From contig JAWOBU010000160.1 of the NCBI GenBank assembly GCA_046484135.1, positions 1-45,330 of the forward strand: 45,330 bases of DNA. Direction: 5' to 3'. The notes below the pieces were generated by a model. The model made no database searches. It was given only the letters and a program-made list of their open reading frames with translations, and was not told the DNA's origin. Shown here in pieces: positions 35,419 through 43,446 of this stretch. The position numbers and the translations under genes were made by a program. Positions within the stretch are counted from its first letter, which is position 1, and the number at the start of each line of letters is the position of its first letter. This stretch comes from a bacterium (GTDB lineage Bacteria > RBG-13-61-14 > DATKZS01).

Positions 35419-37650
35419 TCACATGCCCCGGCGGGCTTCTGCCTGCTTTCTTACCGATATCACGCTGTTCACTTTTTCCATGCTGTTTATGAGCCTGTTC
35501 AGTTGGGATACGTTTTTCATGTTGATACGGAAGGTGTGCATGGCCTTCTTTTCCTCGGTGGTCCGCACCAGTGCCCTCTCGATGTTTATGTTCTCTTCGC
35601 TCAGGATGGATGACAGCTCCGCCAGGAGTCCTCTCCGGTCTTCAGAGACGACCTCCAGGGTTATCATGTTTTCACCTTCCACCTGCTGGTCCCACCTGGC
35701 GGGATAGACGTTGTTGCCGGGAGTCTCTTCCAGAAGGCGGGAGCACTCCGCCCGGTGGACCTCCATGGTCCCGTCTTCCTTCTCCAGGGCCTTTACCGCT
35801 TCTCCCGCCAGCGGCGAGCAGCAGGATGCAAACGTAAAGCCCGGATCGTTGAAGCTGGCTATGGTAACATACGGCCTTGTCTCCGCCGCGGCTTCTTCTT
35901 CCTCGCTTTCGTGCTCTTCCTCACTTTCCGCTCCCGGGTTGGCCGCTTTTTTCTTCTCGGGCGAGGCCGCTTTTTTGGTCTCGGTTTTTAAATCCTCGGG
36001 CGGCACGATCTGGGCCAGGACTTTCCGAAGGGGGAACCGGTTTACTCCCAGGGCCTCCAGCAGCCGGTTTTGCGAGCTGAAGTTGAACCTCTCCGCCACC
36101 CGTTCCAGGGTTCCGTCCTTGGCCAGGGCCCCCATGTTTTTGCCGTAGCGCAGAAGCTCGCTCTCCAGCACCTGTCTTCCCAGCTCCCGGTTTCTTTGCG
36201 TCTCCTTGGTGGAGAGCCAGTGGTTGATCTTGTTTCTGGCCCGCGGGCTTTTGACGAACTCGAGCCAGGCGCGGTTGGGCTCGACGGTGTTGGAGGTCAG
36301 GATTTCCACGGTGTCTCCGCTTTTCAAGTTGTGGTTTAAGGGCACGATCCTTCCGTCCACCTTGGCGCCGGCGCAGTGGTTCCCGATATCGCTGTGGATG
36401 CTGTAGGCCATGTCAATGGGGGTGGCCCCGGAGGGAAGCTCGACAATGTCTCCGTCGGGCGTGAACACCGCGATGAGGTCGGGCAGGACCTCGGACTTGA
36501 TGGACTCGAGAAAGTGATAGGGGTCTTTCAATTCTTCGTGGAGCTCGACCAGGTTGTTCAAGAACATCTGGGTCTTCTCGTCGGTCTCGGGCGACTCCGG
36601 TATGCCTCCGGTTTGCTTGTAGCGCCAGTGGGCGGCGATACCGTACTCGGCCACCGCGTGCATCTCGGGGGTCCGGAGCTGGATTTCTTCTCTTTCACCC
36701 GAGGCCCCCAGCACGGTGGTGTGCAGGGACCGGTACATATTGGTCTTGGGAAGAGCGATGTAATCCTTGATCCGTCCGGGCACGGGCGACCTGATGGAAT
36801 GTATCACCCGGAGCGCGTCATAGCAGTCCGGTATGGTCCCCACTATTATCCGGAAGGCGATAAGGTCGTAAACCTCGTCGAAAGAGAGGTTCTGCTTTTC
36901 CATTTTGCGGTAGATGCTGTACAGGTGTTTGAACCTGCCGGTGACCTGGGCCTGGATGCCGGCTTCCTCCAGGTTGTCCTTGAAAAACTGCTGGGTCTTT
37001 TCAATGTAATCCTGCCGGGCCTCCCTGATTTTGGCCATCTGGGAAGCGAGCCGGAAGAAGATTTCCGGCTTCAAGTGCTGGAAGCTCAGGTCCTCGAGCT
37101 GGGCCAGTATCCAATGGATGCCAAGCCTGCCGGCGATGGGCGCGTAAATGTCCATGGTTTCCCTGGCGATGCGGGATTTCTTTTCTCCGGACAGGTGCTC
37201 GAGGGTCTGCATGTTATGGAGCCGGTCGGCGAGCTTGATGAGAATGACGCGCACGTCCCGGGCCATGGCCAGGATGATCTTCCGGAAGTTCTCCGCCTGG
37301 ACCTCGATCCTGGAGTCCTCGGTGGGGATTTTCCCTATCTTGGTTACTCCGTCCACCAGCCGGACGATCTCTTTGGGAAACTCCGCTTCCAGCTCGGGAA
37401 GGGTTATGCTGGAGTCTTCCACCACGTCGTGGAGCAGTCCCGCGGCAATCGAGCTTTCGTGCAGCTCCATCTCGGTAAGTATGCCGGCGACCTCGAGGGG
37501 GTGAGAAAGGTAGGGAAGACCGGACTCGCGCAGGCTGCCGGCGTGCAGCTTGGCGCTCCATACATAGGCTTTTTGAACCAAGGCGGTGTCCGCCTGCGGA
37601 TGATAAGAGACAAGCCGATCAATGATCTCGTTGATCCTTATGACCGCCAC
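35419..37650 (-). CDS. relA: Bifunctional (p)ppGpp synthetase/hydrolase (long RSH)
   Basis: Intact hydrolase PYLSHP..LLHDVVED, KLADRLHNM; synthetase RIKDYIA, YRSLHT, EIQLRT; TGS, CC..H..C zinc finger and ACT domains. Confidence 0.93.
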   Translation of the reverse strand: MAVIRINEIIDRLVSYHPQADTALVQKAYVWSAKLHAGSLRESGLPYLSHPLEVAGILTEMELHESSIAAGLLHDVVEDSSITLPELEAEFPKEIVRLVDGVTKIGKIPTEDSRIEVQAENFRKIILAMARDVRVILIKLADRLHNMQTLEHLSGEKKSRIARETMDIYAPIAGRLGIHWILAQLEDLSFQHLKPEIFFRLASQMAKIREARQDYIEKTQQFFKDNLEEAGIQAQVTGRFKHLYSIYRKMEKQNLSFDEVYDLIAFRIIVGTIPDCYDALRVIHSIRSPVPGRIKDYIALPKTNMYRSLHTTVLGASGEREEIQLRTPEMHAVAEYGIAAHWRYKQTGGIPESPETDEKTQMFLNNLVELHEELKDPYHFLESIKSEVLPDLIAVFTPDGDIVELPSGATPIDMAYSIHSDIGNHCAGAKVDGRIVPLNHNLKSGDTVEILTSNTVEPNRAWLEFVKSPRARNKINHWLSTKETQRNRELGRQVLESELLRYGKNMGALAKDGTLERVAERFNFSSQNRLLEALGVNRFPLRKVLAQIVPPEDLKTETKKAASPEKKKAANPGAESEEEHESEEEEAAAETRPYVTIASFNDPGFTFASCCSPLAGEAVKALEKEDGTMEVHRAECSRLLEETPGNNVYPARWDQQVEGENMITLEVVSEDRRGLLAELSSILSEENINIERALVRTTEEKKAMHTFRINMKNVSQLNRLINSMEKVNSVISVRKQAEARRGM

Positions 37651-37732
37651 GTTCAGACCTCCCCCTCTGCCGGATTAGTCAGCCGCAACTTATGCGGGCG
37701 GCTCTTCCGCTCCGGTAGCATATCAAGGGGGA

Positions 37733-37990
37733 TCAGGACTCGTCCGGGTCTTTGAGGGTTACCGGCACCAGCTTGGCCGGTTTTGGGGTTTCCTTCTCCT
37801 CTTCCGGCATGACCGGCTGTACGTGTCCTCTGGCGATCTCCCGCAGACCGGTGATGATCTCCTTGTTTTCGCACTGGACAAGCGGGTCCGCGCCCGCGTA
37901 TAGCTGCTTGGTCCGCTTGACCCCCAGCATGACCAGGGCAAAGCGGTTCTCTACGTTCTCGAGACAGTCCTCGACCGTTATTCTTGCCAT
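37733..37990 (-). CDS. rpoZ: RNA polymerase omega subunit
   Basis: [20 protein letters not shown]...KR..QL...LREIA; position between gmk and rel. Confidence 0.96.
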   Translation of the reverse strand: MARITVEDCLENVENRFALVMLGVKRTKQLYAGADPLVQCENKEIITGLREIARGHVQPVMPEEEKETPKPAKLVPVTLKDPDES

Positions 37991-38032
37991 TTTTCTCCCC
38001 TTTACCGGAACGGCGTGCTCGCCCCGGTTTTT

Positions 38033-38665
38033 TCAACTCTTTCTGATAATAGACTCGACCACGGGCTCCACCGCGTTCTTGCGGCAACGATTGGCCAAGA
38101 CCACCGAGCGCATAAGCTCCACCGCCCGGTCAAAGTCCTCATTTATTATTATATAATCAAACCACGACCATTCAAGCATCTCTTTTTTCGCCGTCTTAAG
38201 CCGGAGCTTGATGTCCTCTTCCTTTTCCGAGCCGCGGTTCCGGAGCCGCTCCTCCAGGACCCCAACCCGGGGAGGAAGAATGAAGATAAAGCTGTCGCTC
38301 TCGAACTTGGCCTTGAGCTGCTTGGCCCCCTGGATGTCCAGCTCCACCAGAAGATCAATCCCCCGGGCCGCGGCGTCCTCCAGGTAGGACTTGGACGTGC
38401 CGTAGCGCCGGCCGTGGACCTCGGCCCACTCCGCGAACTCGCCCTCCTCGATCATCCGGTCAAAGGTCTCGTCGTCCACGAAGAAGTAGTCCTGGCCGTG
38501 GACCTCTCCGCTGCGGGCGGGCCGCGTGGTGTAGGAGCACGACCAGTACAGCGGCTTCTCACCCTCTTTTTCCAGCCTCTGCATGAGCGCCCGGCACAGC
38601 GAGGTCTTGCCCGCTCCACTGGGGGCGGCCACGAAAAACAGCAGTCCCGGCGTGTCCTCTCTCAT
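38033..38665 (-). CDS. gmk: Guanylate kinase
   Basis: APSGAGKTS, SYTTRPARSGEVHGQDYFFV, EWAEVHG..YGT, FILPP. Confidence 0.96.
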   Translation of the reverse strand: MREDTPGLLFFVAAPSGAGKTSLCRALMQRLEKEGEKPLYWSCSYTTRPARSGEVHGQDYFFVDDETFDRMIEEGEFAEWAEVHGRRYGTSKSYLEDAAARGIDLLVELDIQGAKQLKAKFESDSFIFILPPRVGVLEERLRNRGSEKEEDIKLRLKTAKKEMLEWSWFDYIIINEDFDRAVELMRSVVLANRCRKNAVEPVVESIIRKS

Positions 38666-39543
38666 TCCAGGTTCTGCACCTGCTCCCGGATTTTTTCCAG
38701 CTCCGCTTTCATGTCAACCGCAAGCCGCGAGACCTCGGCGTCCTGGGCCTTGTTCGAGCACGTGTTTATCTCCCGGAAGAGCTCCTGGGTCAGAAAGTCC
38801 AGCTTGCGGCCCATGGGACCGTCCGAATCCAGGAGCCGGTCCATCTGCTCCAGGTGGCTCCTTGCCCGCACCAGCTCTTCGGTTATGTCGGTCCGGTCCG
38901 CCAGGAGCGCGACCTCCTGCTCGAGCCGGGCCTGGTCCGTCTTTTCCGAGTCTTCCAGTATCTCGGCAATTTTTCGTTTAAGGCGCTGCCGGTAGTTCTC
39001 CACCACCGAGTCCTTTTTGCCCTCTGTCTCCGAAAGCCGATTACGGATGAGGTCAATCCTGGAGCTTATGTCCCCGGCAAGCGCGTCTCCTTCGCGGGCC
39101 CGCATTTCGAGTAGCCGCTCCAGGCCGTCCTCTAGAACCGGCTCGAGCTCCTTCCAGGTCTCGGCCGCAGAAGGCGGGCTTTCGCTTACGCTGAGGATGT
39201 CCTTCTGCTCGGCCAGGAGTGAAAGATCGGGAGAACCCTGTAAATCAAGCTCCTCTTTCATCTCCTGCAAGGCCTTGGCCGTCTGCCTGGCCAGGGGCCG
39301 GTTCCAAACGACCTCTACCGGAAGCTCGACCCCGGAAAGGTTAATCCAGACCTCGACCCGCCCCCGCGAAAGCCGCTCTCGAAAGAGTCTCGTCATCTCC
39401 GGCTCCAGCGAGAGAACCTGGGCCGGAAGGTGGAAGCGGAGCTCCAGGTAGCGGTGGTTTACCGATTTTATCTCTACGGACACCTTGCCCCCCAGCGCGG
39501 AAGCCTCGCTCCGGGCGTATCCGGTCATGCTGTAAACGGGCAA
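38662..39543 (-). CDS. yicC: YicC/YloC family endoribonuclease
   Basis: SMTGYA, EIKSVNHRYLE, RGRVE, DITEELVR, GRKLDFLTQELFREINT, EKIREQVQNLE; TTG start. Confidence 0.95.
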   Translation of the reverse strand: MPVYSMTGYARSEASALGGKVSVEIKSVNHRYLELRFHLPAQVLSLEPEMTRLFRERLSRGRVEVWINLSGVELPVEVVWNRPLARQTAKALQEMKEELDLQGSPDLSLLAEQKDILSVSESPPSAAETWKELEPVLEDGLERLLEMRAREGDALAGDISSRIDLIRNRLSETEGKKDSVVENYRQRLKRKIAEILEDSEKTDQARLEQEVALLADRTDITEELVRARSHLEQMDRLLDSDGPMGRKLDFLTQELFREINTCSNKAQDAEVSRLAVDMKAELEKIREQVQNLE

Positions 39544-39738
39544 TCTCTTGACCTCGCGAACTTATTCATCCGTCTTTTATCACGGACGGTGCGACAAAGC
39601 AAACGGGTTTTTGAAAAGGTAAAAAAGCTGGCAGCCGAGAATGCGAAAAACGCAAAAAAACCTTTATAATCATAAGGAAAGGTCCGATGTCGGTAAGAGA
39701 CATTCTCCAGTTACCCACACTTAAATACGTTGATCCAA

Positions 39739-39812
39739 AGCCTTTTGCAAAAATTCCGAATTCTTGTGGTGGGAGCAAGCTCCTGCTCGCGATACAGGTT
39801 TTGCAAAAAGCT
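39739..39812. mobile_element. MITE-like 74-bp element: terminal inverted repeats enclosing a REP-like sequence
   Basis: AGCCTTTTGCAAAA (39739-39752) and TTTTGCAAAAAGCT (39799-39812) are 13/14 inverted; internal GTGGGAGCAAGCTCCTGCTCGCGA (39769-39792). Confidence 0.45.
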
Positions 39813-39844
39813 CCTTAAGCATTACTTTTGCATGAAGCAAGAGT

Positions 39845-40777
39845 TCAGCTCAGAAGCCCCTCGATGATGAGCTCGGTGGCCTCTTCTTCGTCCAGGCCGC
39901 GGGAGAGCAGGGTCTGGAGCTGTTTCGAGTCCACGCTGCCTATGGCTGCTTCGTGGGTTACATGCGCGCCGGGGTGACTTACGTCCACTATGGGGACCGC
40001 CTTGGCGCGGGCCTGGTTCTGGACGATCTCCTTGCAGTCCACGTGCCCGCGGGCGCCGGCTGCGGTTGCCGTAACCGTGTTGTAGACCTCTGCCTGCGCG
40101 GTGTCGCGAAGGGCGATATTGGTCTGGAGCACTGCGCGGGCGTCCTCGCCGATAAGGTGGCCGGTCTCCTGTATCTTTACGAAGTCGTCCTCCCTGCCGC
40201 TTACTCTGGCCATCATGTCCAGGGTGGACCGGGCGGCGCAGGTGACTTCGTAGTCAATGTCAATCACTCCGACCCTGCCCTTTATAAGCTCGAACTCGGT
40301 CTTGAAGCGGGCGTCCTCGGCAAGGTCCACCTTGGCCTTGGGTATGACCTCGACACCTCCGGCGGGACCGTGCACGTGCCTTTCAAAGTAGGTGTAGGAC
40401 GCGCCTTTGCCGATGTTGATGACGGCGTTCATCTTGTGCAGGACCTTTACCGCGTTCGGGAAGGTGCAATGGGCGACAATGGAGGCGGCCGAGTCTTCCT
40501 CCATGTTGACCTCCATCTCGATGTCCTGGAGGCCGGTCTCTGGAAGCAGGCCGAAGCAGAGCTGGACCGGCTTTTCGATCTTGACCCCTTTTTCCACCCG
40601 GATGTCCGCCCGGATGCCGTGTTCTTTCTCTTCGGTCTCGACCTTGAGACCGGGCACCAGGTGGGAGCCCACCACCCGGTTGCCGTGGATGGTCAGCTTG
40701 GCCACGTCCTTGCCGTGCATGTGCTCGGAAAGGCCGATGGACTCGTAAAGCTCCTGTACGGTTTTGTCCTCACTCAT
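39845..40777 (-). CDS. SufB/SufD family Fe-S scaffold (SmsB-type)
   Basis: PVQLCFG, AHCTFPNA, ARGHVDCKEIV, A.VTHEAAIGSVD..QLQTLLSRGL; short (310 aa) form. Confidence 0.9.
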   Translation of the reverse strand: MSEDKTVQELYESIGLSEHMHGKDVAKLTIHGNRVVGSHLVPGLKVETEEKEHGIRADIRVEKGVKIEKPVQLCFGLLPETGLQDIEMEVNMEEDSAASIVAHCTFPNAVKVLHKMNAVINIGKGASYTYFERHVHGPAGGVEVIPKAKVDLAEDARFKTEFELIKGRVGVIDIDYEVTCAARSTLDMMARVSGREDDFVKIQETGHLIGEDARAVLQTNIALRDTAQAEVYNTVTATAAGARGHVDCKEIVQNQARAKAVPIVDVSHPGAHVTHEAAIGSVDSKQLQTLLSRGLDEEEATELIIEGLLS

Positions 40778-41507
40778 TTATAGCCTCCGGGTCCGGATCG
40801 TTCGGATGGTCGCACGGCATGCACTTGTCCTTGAAGTAACGGCTTATCTTGTCCACCGACCCCTTGTCCACGATCCGGCCGTTACAGACCAGGAAGGCGT
40901 GCTCCGACTCATTCAGCACCGCCAGGCTGTGGGTGATAAGAAGCACGGTCGCGCCTTCCGACTTCAGGTCCTTCAAGGCGGCAAAGATTTTTTCGAGGGC
41001 GTCCACGTCAATGCCGGAGTCCGGCTCGTCCATGAGCACTATCTTGGGCTCCATGGCCAGGATAGAAGCGACCTCGATGCGCTTCCTTTCTCCCCCCGAA
41101 AGGGTCTTGTCCACCGCCCGGCCGATGTAGCTCTCCGGGAAAAGGCCGACCCGGTCGAGCACCTCGGAGACCTTGGCCCGCGATTGGTCGCGTGCGCCCG
41201 CTAAGATGAACTTCTCGACCGACAGCCCCTCGAAGCGGGCCGGCTCCTGCCAGGCCAGGGTGATGCCTTTCCTGGCCCGCTCGTGCACGGACAGCCCTTT
41301 TATGGACTCGCCTTCCAGCAGGATGTCTCCCTTCACGTCCGTGTAGGTCGCAAGCCCCATGACAGCATTGGCCAGGGTGGACTTGCCCGCGCCGTTCGGT
41401 CCTATGAGGGCGTGTACGTGTCCTTCCCACAGGTCCAGGTTAAAACCGTTCAAGACCTGTTTGTCGCCCAGCTTGAGCGACAGGTCCTTTACTTCCAGAA
41501 CTCCCAT
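40770..41507 (-). CDS. SufC-like ABC ATPase (SmsC-type)
   Basis: GPNGAGKST, LAWQEPARFEG, LSGGERKRIE, MDEPDSGID, ITH, C-terminal CX20CX2C. Confidence 0.9.
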   Translation of the reverse strand: MGVLEVKDLSLKLGDKQVLNGFNLDLWEGHVHALIGPNGAGKSTLANAVMGLATYTDVKGDILLEGESIKGLSVHERARKGITLAWQEPARFEGLSVEKFILAGARDQSRAKVSEVLDRVGLFPESYIGRAVDKTLSGGERKRIEVASILAMEPKIVLMDEPDSGIDVDALEKIFAALKDLKSEGATVLLITHSLAVLNESEHAFLVCNGRIVDKGSVDKISRYFKDKCMPCDHPNDPDPEAINE

Positions 41508-41571
41508 GAGTACCTCCGGAGCTTTTAATCTTTAAGAAAAGATGTCCAGGATTAAGTGCTTCTTATTACAT

Positions 41572-43170
41572 TTAATTACTATTCCGGTTCTTTGCAAGGT
41601 CGAACTTCTGGAGAGGTTTGGCAGGGTCCCATTTCTGGGTGAACTTCGAGACGCTAATGATGGTCATGAGGCCGCAGACCATGGCAAAGGTCCGGAAGGG
41701 GAACAGTGTGGTTATGTTTCCTGTTTCCGGGTCCTCGACCCACATCCAGTAGTTGAAGATCGGGTCCAGCTCGAACTCGGGTAGTCCGCCCAAAGCGCGC
41801 AGTATAAGGGCCACAGCTATACCGGCGTAGATGCCGAACCGGTTCGATTTTTTGTAAAAGAGCGCCGCGGTGAGTGCGGGGAAGAGGGTTATATAGACGA
41901 GGTCGCAATTTAAGTACCACAGCGCGTACACGCTTTTGACGCGAAGCGCGATGATGGTTGCCGCGGTTCCCGCGACTATGATGGTTGTCCGTAGGACCCT
42001 TTTCAACTGGGCGTCGGTGGCGGGTTTTTTCTTGGTTCTTTTGAAGATGTTCCAGGTGAACATGGATGACGCGGACAGTATGGACGAGTCCACGCTGGAC
42101 ATGACCGCGGCAGCCACCGCTCCGAGTCCCAGCGCTCCGATGGCCGCGGGCACGCAGTAGCGGAGCACGTAGGGCAGTATGAGGGCGGGGTTTGCCGGCG
42201 GGTCAATGCCGTTTGCTACCCAGTCGTAGTTATAGCCGATGATGGCGAGAAGGGTAGGGGGGATGACCAGGATAAAAGCCGCGACCCCTGCGCCGATGCT
42301 CATGTAGCGGGCCACGTTTCCCGACTTCGATCCCAGCACCCGCTGGAAGTAGCAGTGCCAGGGTATTCCCCCGAAGATGTAGAGCAAACCGTAGTCCATC
42401 CAGGTCCAGGGCCACTTCTTAATCTCAGGAGACACAAAGTCCTTGAGGGGCGCGAAGTATCCCACGATAAACCCCGAGCCTTTGTCTCCGAAGGCCTGGT
42501 TGTAGTTCGCCCACATGTGGTCCCAGCCGCCCACCGCAATCATGCCCGTGATTACGGCAAGGGTAAGGAACACGATCACCATGCAAAGCTGGAGCACGTC
42601 GGTATAAGCGACCGCCCACATGCCGGAGAGTACGGTATAGGCGATGGTGATGGCCGCGGTGATGATGATGGAGGCGCTCATGCTGATTCCCAGGATGGTG
42701 GAGAAGGCCGCGCCCATGGCCGCCATTGCCGCGCCGGTCCAGAGTATCTCGCCGAGTAGAGCGAACAGGTATAAAAACACGGTCTGGTTCCAGCCGTACT
42801 TCTGCTCGAAGGGGTCGAGCATGGTGGTGTAGTTCATCTCGCGCATCTTTTTGGCGTAGAAGAGGCCGCCTAAAACCAGGGAAAGGGCATACCCCCATCC
42901 GGCCTGGGCCCAGCCCTGGCCGCGTTCGATATCGAAAACGGCTTCCGCGGTGCCGGCAAGGTATCCTCCGCCCACCCAGGTGGCGGTCATGGTGAAGATG
43001 GCCATCCAAAGCGGCAGGGACCGGCCGGCCAGGAAAAGGTCGGTGGAATCGAGCGCCATGCCCGTTTCCCTTCTTTTGCGGATGCGCGGACCCAGCCACG
43101 CCAGCAGGAAAAGCAAAACGTAAATAACGGCCATGACAACCAGGCCGGAAACAAAAATGTCTTCACCCAT
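41572..43170 (-). CDS. Sodium:solute symporter, high-affinity choline transporter (SLC5A7/CHT1)-like
   Basis: FTMTATWVGGGY, TMLDPF, AYTDVLQL, GGIPW..YFQRVL, GLGAV.AAVMSS.DSSILSASSMF, LWYL..DLVY, FPFRT. Confidence 0.88.
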   Translation of the reverse strand: MGEDIFVSGLVVMAVIYVLLFLLAWLGPRIRKRRETGMALDSTDLFLAGRSLPLWMAIFTMTATWVGGGYLAGTAEAVFDIERGQGWAQAGWGYALSLVLGGLFYAKKMREMNYTTMLDPFEQKYGWNQTVFLYLFALLGEILWTGAAMAAMGAAFSTILGISMSASIIITAAITIAYTVLSGMWAVAYTDVLQLCMVIVFLTLAVITGMIAVGGWDHMWANYNQAFGDKGSGFIVGYFAPLKDFVSPEIKKWPWTWMDYGLLYIFGGIPWHCYFQRVLGSKSGNVARYMSIGAGVAAFILVIPPTLLAIIGYNYDWVANGIDPPANPALILPYVLRYCVPAAIGALGLGAVAAAVMSSVDSSILSASSMFTWNIFKRTKKKPATDAQLKRVLRTTIIVAGTAATIIALRVKSVYALWYLNCDLVYITLFPALTAALFYKKSNRFGIYAGIAVALILRALGGLPEFELDPIFNYWMWVEDPETGNITTLFPFRTFAMVCGLMTIISVSKFTQKWDPAKPLQKFDLAKNRNSN

Positions 43171-43446
43171 GAGCTATGTTCCTTGTTATGAAGAAAACTT
43201 AATAAAGCACCGCCGCCCGCCGGTGTCCTGTCAAGAAAAATAGTGCGGACGCGGCCGGAGAATAACGCAAGAACCTTCCGGCAGGGGCGTTAAAATAAGG
43301 CCGGCTCCTGATGCGTGAAAGCTTCTTGGCAAGTATATTATGCCGGAGCGCAGCGAGTCAAACCTTGTAAATTTAAAGAACCCGGTTGCAACAGCGGTTT
43401 GCCGGGGATGAGTTAGTTGTCTACAATTGGCCGTGGAGGAGGAGCG

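Noticed and set aside
35890..35990. Low-complexity acidic and Lys-rich stretch in Rel as a novel domain
   Set aside because: Falls in the variable linker before the zinc-finger domain of long RSH proteins.
36376..37755. 459-aa plus-strand ORF, and similar long antisense ORFs at 14460-15509, 26132-27334, 31032-32471 and 33356-34786
   Set aside because: Shadow ORFs opposite well-supported genes, expected from high GC3 codon bias; no protein motifs.
39566..39778. 70-aa ORF upstream of yicC
   Set aside because: Starts inside the MITE-like repeat, has atypical AT-rich composition and no RBS or motif.
43300..43400. Riboswitch or sigma54 promoter upstream of the BCCT
   Set aside because: No c-di-AMP or other recognisable aptamer consensus; TTGGCA...TGC has GG-N12-GC spacing rather than the required N10.
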